A DNA stretch of 64,000 nt from an uncultured Pelagibacteraceae bacterium (GTDB taxonomy: Bacteria; Pseudomonadota; Alphaproteobacteria; Pelagibacterales; Pelagibacteraceae). The stretch lies in NCBI GenBank assembly GCA_902576395.1, contig CACGVB010000001.1, positions 44,420-108,419 on the forward strand, read 5' to 3'. Below, piece after piece: positions 51,880-60,312 of the stretch; positions within the stretch are counted from its first letter, which is position 1, and each line of letters begins with the position of its first letter. The notes beneath the pieces were generated by a model that did no database searches, had not been told where the DNA came from, and saw only the letters and a program-made list of their open reading frames with translations. The position numbers and the translations under genes are program-made.

Positions 51880-52932
51880 TTAATTTACTCGATTACCATT
51901 AGATTTATCAAAAACATAATAATTGTTATCATTTATGTTCAAAGATAATTTACTTCCTTTTTTAATAATTTGACTTCCAGGACATCTAAAACAAAAATCT
52001 TTTTTATTTTTTATTTCTCCATAAATCAAATTATCTGAACCTAATTGTTCTACCAGATCTACAGATAAATTTATTAAACCTTTATCAGTTTGCGACATAT
52101 GCTCTGGTCTAATTCCTAATATAACTGGTCCATTAAAATCACTTGTAACATTATTAATTTCAAAACCTTCTGAAGTAAGAGTTTTATTTTTTAATTCTCC
52201 TTCAAGAAAATTCATCTGTGGCGAACCTATAAATCCTGCGACAAACATAGATTTAGGATTATTATAAATTTCTATCGGTGTTCCAAGCTGCTCAATAAGG
52301 CCATTATTTATTACTGCCAGTCTATCAGCTAAGGTCATAGCTTCTACTTGGTCATGAGTTACAAATATACTTGTCACTCCAACTTTTTGCTGAAGTTTTT
52401 TTATTTCAAGCCTCATTTGTATTCTTAGTTTTGCATCTAAATTAGATAATGGCTCATCAAATAAAAATATTTTAGGACTTCTTACAATAGCTCTTCCCAT
52501 AGCAACTCTCTGCCTTTGACCTCCTGACAACATGGATGGTTTTCTTTGCAAGTATTCAGAAATTTGTAATAGCTTTGCTGCCTCATTAACTTTTTTTTCA
52601 ATATCTTCTTTTGAAATACCTCTATTTTTTAATCCGTAAGCCAAATTGTTGTAAACATTCATGTGAGGATAGAGTGCATAATTCTGAAAAACCATCGCAA
52701 CATCTCTCTCTGAAGGGTCAACTTTATTAATTAATATTCCATCAAGATTTATATTACCTTCAGTTATGTCTTCTAACCCAGCAATCATTCTTAAAAGAGT
52801 AGATTTTCCACATCCGCTCGGTCCAACAAAAACCATGAATTCACCATTTTCTACATTCATACTTGTCTCATGAACAGCTATAGTTCCGTTTGGATAGATT
52901 TTAGTAACTTTATTTAATTCTAAAAAACTCAT
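51880..52932 (-). CDS. ugpC: sn-glycerol-3-phosphate ABC ATPase
   Basis: GPSGCGKST, MVFQNYALYPHM and LSGGQRQRVAMGRA motifs. Confidence 0.9.
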   Translation of the reverse strand: MSFLELNKVTKIYPNGTIAVHETSMNVENGEFMVFVGPSGCGKSTLLRMIAGLEDITEGNINLDGILINKVDPSERDVAMVFQNYALYPHMNVYNNLAYGLKNRGISKEDIEKKVNEAAKLLQISEYLQRKPSMLSGGQRQRVAMGRAIVRSPKIFLFDEPLSNLDAKLRIQMRLEIKKLQQKVGVTSIFVTHDQVEAMTLADRLAVINNGLIEQLGTPIEIYNNPKSMFVAGFIGSPQMNFLEGELKNKTLTSEGFEINNVTSDFNGPVILGIRPEHMSQTDKGLINLSVDLVEQLGSDNLIYGEIKNKKDFCFRCPGSQIIKKGSKLSLNINDNNYYVFDKSNGNRVN

Positions 52933-53784
52933 TTATTTCTCTGTTTGAATTAATCCTTTTATGAACCATTTTTGCAAAAATACTACCACTAAAACTGGGG
53001 GGATCATTGATAAAATAATATAAGCAAATCTCTCTGCTGTTCTTGGTAAAGCAACTCCCTCATAACTTTCAGTAAATATAATTTTCATTCCCATTACTAC
53101 AGTCCAATATTCCTCACTCGTAGTCATTATTAACGGCCATAAATATTGACTATATCCGTATACAAACATGAATATAAACATCGCTGCAATCATTGTTTTA
53201 GATAATGGAACTAAAAAATCTATAAAAAATCTCCAACTATTTGCACCATCTAATTTTGCTGATTCAAGTAATTCATCAGGTATAGTTTTATAAAACTGTC
53301 TAAAAAAAAAGGTAGCGGTGGCTGATGCAACCAATGGAAGAACAAGACCTGTGTATGAATTAGTTAAACCTAAATCTGATACAATCTTATAACTTGGAAA
53401 AATCCTAACCTCCAGAGGCACAAGTAAAGTAATAAAGATTAACCAAAAAATTGGTACAGCAAATTTGAATCTAAAATAAACTAAAGCATAAGCTGACATT
53501 GCTGAGATAATTACTTTAAGGGTTGCAATTCCCAAAGCCATTATAAAGCTATTTATAAACATTTTTGCAGCAGTCACTTCCTCTGACCAACCACCCTTCT
53601 CATTTAAAACTTCGTTATAATTTCTTGTTAATTGATCGCCAAGACCAAATTTCATTCCCTCTTTTAAAATAGTTACAGTATCGTGGGTAGAGCTAGCAAA
53701 TGATAACCAAATCGGAATTACCATTAATAAAACACCTAGTATAAGTACAATGTGTGCTAAAATTTGTGATAATTTAATTTTCAT
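52933..53784 (-). CDS. ugpE: UgpE-type ABC permease (copy 2)
   Basis: ASATATFFFRQFYKTIPDEL and QYLWP motifs. Confidence 0.85.
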   Translation of the reverse strand: MKIKLSQILAHIVLILGVLLMVIPIWLSFASSTHDTVTILKEGMKFGLGDQLTRNYNEVLNEKGGWSEEVTAAKMFINSFIMALGIATLKVIISAMSAYALVYFRFKFAVPIFWLIFITLLVPLEVRIFPSYKIVSDLGLTNSYTGLVLPLVASATATFFFRQFYKTIPDELLESAKLDGANSWRFFIDFLVPLSKTMIAAMFIFMFVYGYSQYLWPLIMTTSEEYWTVVMGMKIIFTESYEGVALPRTAERFAYIILSMIPPVLVVVFLQKWFIKGLIQTEK

Positions 53785-54602
53785 TTGTCTTGAAAGATCC
53801 CTTTAATAAAATATTTTTGTAATACAATTATAATTAATACTGGTGGTATCATTGACATGATAACAAATGCAAATTTGTTAACAATTGATCCAGACATCAT
53901 CTTTAATCCCATGACAACAGTCCAATATTGTTCAGAAGAAGTTACTAATATCGGCCATAAATATTGATTATAACCGAATACAAACATAAATATGAACATT
54001 GCAACAATCATTGTTTTTGACAATGGCACTAAAAAGTCAATAAAAAATCTCCAAGTATTTGCACCATCCAATTTTGCTGATTCAAGTAATTCATCAGGTA
54101 TAGTTTTATAAAACTGCCTAAAAAATAAAGTAGCTATAGCAGAAGCTGAAATTGGAATAATTAGTCCCCAATATGAGTTTACTAAGTTAAGTGTAGACAT
54201 AACAGAATAGGTAGGAAAAATTCTTAACTCCAGAGGGACTAGTATAGTAATAAAAATTATCCAAAATAATAATGTTGCATATTTCACTCTAAAATAAACT
54301 AAGACATATGCAGTCATAAGAGATGAAATAACTGATAAAAACGCAACTCCAGTTGCCATTAAAAAACTATTTAAAAACATCTTTAATGCAGTAATTTCTT
54401 TAAAAAAACCACCTTCATATAATAAAACTTTTGTATAATTCTCTAAAAACTTATCTCCTAAAAAAAATTGAAGACCTTGGGTATTAATTATCGAAGCTGT
54501 ATGAGTTGAGCTTGCAAAAATTAACCAAACAGGAATTATCATAATAAAAATGCCTATCAAAAGAATTAAATGAGAAAAGTTTGATGAAAAATATCTAATC
54601 AT
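53781..54602 (-). CDS. ugpE: UgpE-type ABC permease (copy 1)
   Basis: ASAIATLFFRQFYKTIPDEL and QYLWP motifs; paralog of the next gene. Confidence 0.85.
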   Translation of the reverse strand: MIRYFSSNFSHLILLIGIFIMIIPVWLIFASSTHTASIINTQGLQFFLGDKFLENYTKVLLYEGGFFKEITALKMFLNSFLMATGVAFLSVISSLMTAYVLVYFRVKYATLLFWIIFITILVPLELRIFPTYSVMSTLNLVNSYWGLIIPISASAIATLFFRQFYKTIPDELLESAKLDGANTWRFFIDFLVPLSKTMIVAMFIFMFVFGYNQYLWPILVTSSEQYWTVVMGLKMMSGSIVNKFAFVIMSMIPPVLIIIVLQKYFIKGIFQDK

Positions 54603-54603
54603 T

Positions 54604-55482
54604 TTAATTGTAATGTATTTTCCCTTCTATGTATCTAAATTGAAAAATTGTAATAACTAAAACAATCAACATCATCATAATTGATTGAGCACCAGCACTT
54701 CCTAAGTCTAACCCCCTAAATCCGTCCATGTATGCTTTATAAACAAGAGTTCTTGTTTCACCTGAGGGTGCACCAATTGTTGTAGTGTCAATTATTCCAA
54801 AAGTATCAAAAAAAGCATAAGTTATATTGATAATGATTAAAAAGAAAGTTGTGGGCATCAATAGAGGGAAAGTGATTGTCCAAAATCTTCTTAAACTACT
54901 TTTACAATCAATTATGGATGCTTCAATAACAGATTTTTGTATTGCTTGAAGACCGGCTAAGAAGAAAATAAAATTAGCACTTATTTGTTTCCATGATCCT
55001 GCTATTATTAAGTAGATATAAGAATCAAAAACACTTTCATACCAATTAAAACCCCATAAATCGTTAAATAGATGATACAATAATCCAAATCTTTCACTAA
55101 AAAAATAATTTGCCATAACACCCACCACCGCTGGCGCAATAGCATAAGGCCAAATCAAAAGAGTTTTGTAGGCACTTTTTCCATGCATTACATTATTGGC
55201 TTGTACAGCAAGTAACAATCCAATGGCTCCTGTAACAAGTGTAATCACAAAGCTATAAATAATAGTAAACTTAAAAGCTATTAAATAAGCCGGGTCATCA
55301 AAAATAAATAAAAAATTATCAAACCATACAAATTGTCTTCCAAATCCAAATGCATCTTGCATGGTAAATGCATCTCTAAAAGTTTGTATTATTGGCCAAT
55401 ATAAAAATATTAATAAAATACCTAGCTGTGGTGCTAAAAAAAAATACTGTGAATAGTTTGATTTAAACTGAACTTTTTTCAT
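54604..55482 (-). CDS. ugpA: UgpA-type ABC permease
   Basis: LIWPYAIAP, NFIFFLAGLQ, YAFFDTFG and TLVYK motifs. Confidence 0.88.
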   Translation of the reverse strand: MKKVQFKSNYSQYFFLAPQLGILLIFLYWPIIQTFRDAFTMQDAFGFGRQFVWFDNFLFIFDDPAYLIAFKFTIIYSFVITLVTGAIGLLLAVQANNVMHGKSAYKTLLIWPYAIAPAVVGVMANYFFSERFGLLYHLFNDLWGFNWYESVFDSYIYLIIAGSWKQISANFIFFLAGLQAIQKSVIEASIIDCKSSLRRFWTITFPLLMPTTFFLIIINITYAFFDTFGIIDTTTIGAPSGETRTLVYKAYMDGFRGLDLGSAGAQSIMMMLIVLVITIFQFRYIEGKIHYN

Positions 55483-55490
55483 AAAATAAA

Positions 55491-55516
55491 TAGGAGGGTA
55501 TATTAATACCCTCCTA
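55491..55516 (-). terminator. Stem-loop after ugpB
   Basis: TAGGAGGGTAT-ATTA-ATACCCTCCTA, an 11-bp stem followed by a T-rich tract on the minus strand. Confidence 0.8.
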
Positions 55517-55530
55517 ATTTATATTATTTA

Positions 55531-56838
55531 TTAAAGAGTCTTAGCAAATTGTTTTAACAATTTAGCTGCACCCTTATCCATGTTCTTTAATCCTTTTTCG
55601 ATTGATATTTTGCCATTTAACATTGGCTCAACATTTTCGTAAATTACTTCACGAATTTGAGGCCAGTTACCAGCTCTATATCCACCAGGAATAGTTGAAC
55701 CTTCTAAGCTTAATTGTTCACCAACAGCTTTGTGATATGGAGAAGCTCTATAAAAGTTTATAGTTTCAGCTAATTCTATACCACCTTTAGTTACAGCAGA
55801 ATAACCTGTCATGTTGTGATAGTATAAATCCATTTCAGGAGAACCCATAAATTCTATGAATTTAGCAAGTCCTTTATACTCTTCTTCTGTATGACCATTT
55901 AAGATCCAGTTTGCTGCGCCACCAATAAATGTTGGATACTCTTTGCCACCAGTTACTGAATCCCAATAAGGAATATGATTAACTGTAAAATTTGGAACAA
56001 CACCTTTCATTCCACCAAATGATGCAGCAGATCCAAACCAAAAAGCAGCCTCACCTGCTATAAATGGTGCTTGATTATCTCCCCAAGCTCTTCCTTTATA
56101 ACCGTAGAGACCTTTTTCGTACCATTCTTTTACTTTTTTCCAATGATAAACAAATGCATCTGTTTCAGCAAATAAAGTTTTTGTCGGAACAGCATCGTAA
56201 CCATTGTTTCCATCTGTCATAAGTAGATTATGTCTTGAAAAGAAATTTTCTGTCCAGATCCAAGGAAAGTGACTTTGAACTAAAGGAATATATCCAGCAG
56301 CTTTAATTTTTGGAGCCATAGCCTCAAATTCTTCATAAGTTTTTGGAACTGATTCTATTCCTACTTCTTTCAATATGTCCATATTTGCATACATTAAGCA
56401 AGTTGAACTATTAAAAGGAACACCTATCATTTTTCCATCAGAGTCAGCATAGAAGTTTTTAATTCCAGGAATATAATTATCTGCATCTACTTTAATTCCA
56501 TATTTCTCAGCCATATCTTCAAAACCAATCACAACGCCATTTTTAACTTGAGCTACCATAATTGCAGCACCAGCATCGTAAACCTGTGAATAGTGTGGTT
56601 GGTCTCCTGCTCTAAATGCAGCTATAGTTGCCGCCATGTTATCTTCATAACTTCCTTTACCTGTAGGAATGACGGTGTATTCATCTTGTGAAGCATTAAA
56701 TCTATTTGCAATTTCAATAATTACATCACCAAGAAATCCACTATTTCCATACCACCAATGAATTTCTGTCTTTGAATAACTGTGTGATGTAAAAGAGAAA
56801 GTAAATAGAATTGTTAAAACACTCAATATTTTTTTCAT
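55531..56838 (-). CDS. ugpB: UgpB-type substrate-binding protein
   Basis: Signal peptide; FNASQ, KGSYE, AAFRAG, PFNSST and IGGA motifs. Confidence 0.85.
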   Translation of the reverse strand: MKKILSVLTILFTFSFTSHSYSKTEIHWWYGNSGFLGDVIIEIANRFNASQDEYTVIPTGKGSYEDNMAATIAAFRAGDQPHYSQVYDAGAAIMVAQVKNGVVIGFEDMAEKYGIKVDADNYIPGIKNFYADSDGKMIGVPFNSSTCLMYANMDILKEVGIESVPKTYEEFEAMAPKIKAAGYIPLVQSHFPWIWTENFFSRHNLLMTDGNNGYDAVPTKTLFAETDAFVYHWKKVKEWYEKGLYGYKGRAWGDNQAPFIAGEAAFWFGSAASFGGMKGVVPNFTVNHIPYWDSVTGGKEYPTFIGGAANWILNGHTEEEYKGLAKFIEFMGSPEMDLYYHNMTGYSAVTKGGIELAETINFYRASPYHKAVGEQLSLEGSTIPGGYRAGNWPQIREVIYENVEPMLNGKISIEKGLKNMDKGAAKLLKQFAKTL

Positions 56839-56883
56839 TTTACCTCTTTGTTTATTTATTAATTATAATGAATAAATTATTTA

Positions 56884-56922
56884 TATTAAAGTATCGTTAA
56901 ATTTTGATTACTTAAATGTAAA
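56884..56922 (-). promoter_or_regulatory. Pho-box-like 11-bp-phased array upstream of ugpB
   Basis: Minus strand TTTACA, GTAATC, TTAACG and TTAATA at exact 11-bp spacing. Confidence 0.55.
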
Positions 56923-56976
56923 AATATATAATGTTTCTAAAGGAGGTTGTATATTTTAAAACAAATCATAATTTAA

Positions 56977-58128
56977 ATGTCTAAAATATTCGATTTATTC
57001 ATAATAGGTGGCGGTATAAACGGTGCAGGTATTGCAAGGGATGCTGCGGGTAGAGGTTTATCAGTTTGTTTAGCTGACAAAGGTGAGATTGGTGGAGCAA
57101 CTTCATCCTGGTCAACGAAATTAATACATGGTGGTCTTCGTTATTTAGAAAATTATGAATTCAAATTAGTTAGAGAATCTTTAAAAGAAAGAGAAATTGT
57201 TTATAAAATTGCTAAACATATTTCAAAACCCATTCCTTTTATAATTCCTTATGCAGATAAAATTCGACCAGCCTGGTTAATTAAAATTGGTTTATTTTTG
57301 TACGATAATTTAGGTGGTAAAAGTAATATACCAAAATCAAAAACATTTGATCTTAGAAAAAAATTTTCAAATATTCTTAAAGAAAAATACAAAACTGGTT
57401 TTCAATATTTTGACATACAAATTGACGATAAAAAATTAACGAAATTAAATACCAAAGATGCAAAAAGAAATAACGCTAAAATACTAGAATACAACAAAGT
57501 TAAAAAAGCTGAAATTATTGGCAATGAATGGATTATTAGTCTTGAAAATGGTGAAAAAGTAAAGTCAAAAATTTTGATTAATGCATCTGGACCGTGGATA
57601 AATGAAACCTTAAATAAAAATATAAAAATTAAATCTAAGAAAAAAATTAGATTGGTTAAAGGAAGTCATATTATTACAAAAAAATTGTACAAAGAAAATG
57701 TTGCGTTCACATTTCAAAATACTGATAAAAGAATAATATTTGTAATACCTTATAAAGGGAAGTTTTCTTTAATTGGAACAACTGAAGAAGAGGTGAAATC
57801 ACCTGAAAATAAAGGAATATCAAAAAAAGAAATTAGATATTTAATTAGTTCAGTAAATAATTACTTAAAAAAACAAATAACATCAAAGGACATCGTAGAT
57901 ACATATTCTGGGATAAGACCTCTAATTGAAGATTTTAAAACAGCCTCAAAAGTCACAAGAGATTATGTTTTTGATTTAAAAATTATAAAAAAATTACCTT
58001 TATTGAATATTTATGGAGGAAAACTTACCACCTACAGAAAATTGTCTGAAAAAGTCCTTATTGATCTTGAAAAATTTTTACCTAAAACAAAAAAAGGTCC
58101 ATGGACACACAAAAAGAAGCTTTTTTAA
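56977..58128 (+). CDS. glpD: FAD-dependent glycerol-3-phosphate dehydrogenase (short form)
   Basis: IGGGINGAGIARDAAGRGL, TSSWSTKLIHGGLRYLE and GGKLTTYR motifs. Confidence 0.88.
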   Translation: MSKIFDLFIIGGGINGAGIARDAAGRGLSVCLADKGEIGGATSSWSTKLIHGGLRYLENYEFKLVRESLKEREIVYKIAKHISKPIPFIIPYADKIRPAWLIKIGLFLYDNLGGKSNIPKSKTFDLRKKFSNILKEKYKTGFQYFDIQIDDKKLTKLNTKDAKRNNAKILEYNKVKKAEIIGNEWIISLENGEKVKSKILINASGPWINETLNKNIKIKSKKKIRLVKGSHIITKKLYKENVAFTFQNTDKRIIFVIPYKGKFSLIGTTEEEVKSPENKGISKKEIRYLISSVNNYLKKQITSKDIVDTYSGIRPLIEDFKTASKVTRDYVFDLKIIKKLPLLNIYGGKLTTYRKLSEKVLIDLEKFLPKTKKGPWTHKKKLF

Positions 58129-58166
58129 TTTCCACGGTCTTAAAAAATGCTTTTCATTAAGTAATT

Positions 58167-58961
58167 TTATTTAATTCTAGTTTGAATTATTTTGATAATT
58201 TTAGGTAAATCTTTAATTGTATCTATTACATAGTGAGCGCCTACTTTCTTAAATTTATTCTTGATCTTTTTTCTAAATTTAGTTTTATCTTTAAAAGAAA
58301 GTCTATTAAATTCGACTTCTGTTTTACCAAATTCATTACCTGAAAATATAACACCCACTACCCACATCCCAGCATTTACTCCCTCTAACAATCCAGGAAT
58401 AGTGTCATCAACTTTTATACAATTTGATCCCTTGGTAATATTTAATTCAGAAAAAATTTTATATATTATTTCAGCTGAGGGTCTTCCAATTTTTGTGTAT
58501 GAAGAACTATATGACACATCAGGTATAAATCTTTGTTTTTTTAGTTCTGGCAATATAACATTTAGAATTTCTTCTGAATATCCGGTATTGATTCCTATTT
58601 TTATTTTTTTGTTTTTTATAAAATCTAAAGTTTTTTTACTTCCTGATATAAATTTTGAATGTTTCTTAATTATTTTTTTTAATTCTGGATTAAAAAGTTT
58701 AAACAATTTATCAATATCTTTATCTGTTGGTTTTGATTTAAATTTTTTTTTCCACTGCGAATTAATTTTTCTTGTTGTTAGCAATGCTTTTATATGGGCT
58801 CGTTTTTCAATACCCATTGGTCCTATGGCTTGTTTTCGTGTAATTTTAATTCCAAACCTATCAAATAATTCTATAAGAACTTGAGATGGCGCAAGGCTTC
58901 CAAAATCTATTAATGTACCAGCTAAATCAAATACAATTCCTTCTATATTGGAATTTTTCAT
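58167..58961 (-). CDS. phnX: Phosphonoacetaldehyde hydrolase (phosphonatase)
   Basis: FDLAGTLIDFGS, PMGxxKxxHI (Schiff-base Lys), GRP, KVDDT and SGNE motifs. Confidence 0.9.
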   Translation of the reverse strand: MKNSNIEGIVFDLAGTLIDFGSLAPSQVLIELFDRFGIKITRKQAIGPMGIEKRAHIKALLTTRKINSQWKKKFKSKPTDKDIDKLFKLFNPELKKIIKKHSKFISGSKKTLDFIKNKKIKIGINTGYSEEILNVILPELKKQRFIPDVSYSSSYTKIGRPSAEIIYKIFSELNITKGSNCIKVDDTIPGLLEGVNAGMWVVGVIFSGNEFGKTEVEFNRLSFKDKTKFRKKIKNKFKKVGAHYVIDTIKDLPKIIKIIQTRIK

Positions 58962-59076
58962 ATGTTTTTTTTCGAATCTTTTATTTAAAATTTAATATTT
59001 GAAATTAATCATATCTTTAATTGAATAATAATACTGATTTTATTGCTGTTTATCTTGATTTTAACTTGTTTTATTA

Positions 59077-59106
59077 ATGTTACAAAAATATTACAGATTT
59101 ATTACA
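59077..59106 (-). promoter_or_regulatory. Triple Pho box upstream of phnX, abutting the TPR gene start
   Basis: Minus strand reads TGTAAT-AAAT-CTGTAAT-ATTT-TTGTAAC, a close match to CTGTCAT-N4 repeats. Confidence 0.7.
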
Positions 59107-59107
59107 T

Positions 59108-59659
59108 ATGCTGAAAATACTAAATTTCTTATTGATAATTTCAACAGTATGTTTGACTTCAGCAGCAAAAACAGATGAGTTAGATTTAAACAAACTTTTG
59201 AGTAAGTTAAAAGATTGTAATACACAAAGTGAAGCAAAAATTTTAGAAAAAAGCATATGGAATTTGTGGGAAACACATCCATCTAATTTTCAATTAACTA
59301 TTGATTTAAAAGAAGGTTCAAGACTAGTTCAAAATGGAAATTATATAAGGGCATATAGGATTTTTAGTAAAATTATAGAAAAAGATCCTAATTGGGCTGA
59401 AGCTTGGAATAGACGTGCAACATCTTTATATTTTATGGGTAAGTATAAAAAATCACTTAGAGATATTGATATGGTCTTAAAACTTGAAAGCAGGCATTTC
59501 GGTGCTCTAATTGGAAAAGGACAAGTATACATGGAAATGAAAGATTACGAAAAAGCCTACACTAGTTATTTAGAAGCTTCATATATAAACCCAATGAATA
59601 CTGATACAATAAATCAAATAAACAAAGTCTCTAAATTAATTAAAGAAAAAACAATATAA
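59108..59659 (+). CDS. Exported TPR-repeat protein
   Basis: Signal peptide; TPR motifs DPNWAEAWNRRAT and RHFGALIGKG. Confidence 0.85.
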   Translation: MLKILNFLLIISTVCLTSAAKTDELDLNKLLSKLKDCNTQSEAKILEKSIWNLWETHPSNFQLTIDLKEGSRLVQNGNYIRAYRIFSKIIEKDPNWAEAWNRRATSLYFMGKYKKSLRDIDMVLKLESRHFGALIGKGQVYMEMKDYEKAYTSYLEASYINPMNTDTINQINKVSKLIKEKTI

Positions 59660-59707
59660 TTACTTTATCTGTAAAATATCTTTAATATTATTAAAATATA
59701 ATAACTT

Positions 59708-60208
59708 ATGAATTATTTGAAAAATATTAAGCTTACAAATAATATAACTTTAATTAATAAGCCATTCAAAAAAAAAGAATATTATCATTTCTTAAAAACC
59801 TCTGATTTATCTTTGGTAGTTGCGGAAATTAAGAAAAACGTTTTTGTTCTAGTTAGTCAAAAAAGAATTCCAGTTAATAAAATCAGCTATGAATTTCCAT
59901 CTGGTATGATTGATAAAGGAGAAAATTCTATAAGTGCTGCTTGTAGAGAATTTTATGAGGAAACAGGATATAAAATATTAGGAAGACCAAAAAAATTATT
60001 TACAATTAATTGTGAGCCAGGAAGGTTAACAACTAAAATATACTGCTATTATTCAAATAGAATAATTAAAAAAAAAGGACCTGAGAAAGCTATTAAAATT
60101 CATTTTCTGTCTAAAGAAGAAATAAACAAATTAATTTTAAATGAAAAATTTTGTAATGCCTCTCATGTGGCTTCATTTTTTAAAGTTATAAAGGTGCCTA
60201 CAAAGTAA
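59708..60208 (+). CDS. NUDIX hydrolase
   Basis: Nudix box GMIDKGENSISAACREFYEETG. Confidence 0.88.
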   Translation: MNYLKNIKLTNNITLINKPFKKKEYYHFLKTSDLSLVVAEIKKNVFVLVSQKRIPVNKISYEFPSGMIDKGENSISAACREFYEETGYKILGRPKKLFTINCEPGRLTTKIYCYYSNRIIKKKGPEKAIKIHFLSKEEINKLILNEKFCNASHVASFFKVIKVPTK

Positions 60209-60217
60209 GCACCTTTT
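60190..60217. terminator. Stem-loop between the convergent NUDIX and ppx genes
   Basis: AAAGGTGC-CTACAAAGTAA-GCACCTTT. Confidence 0.6.
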
Positions 60218-60312
60218 ATAAGAGAAGAATAATGATTTCATTAATGTAATTAATGATGAAATATTACTGATAAATTAATAAAATATTAAATCTAATTTAA
60301 ATTAACATTAAA

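Noticed and set aside
58261-58884. 207-aa antisense ORF
   Set aside because: It lies opposite the well-conserved phnX and is a shadow ORF, like the other short antisense ORFs in the track.
60230-60312. AT-rich palindromes (TCATTAAT-GTA-ATTAATGA) as an ncRNA or operator
   Set aside because: They lie between convergent genes in near-pure AT sequence and are expected by chance.
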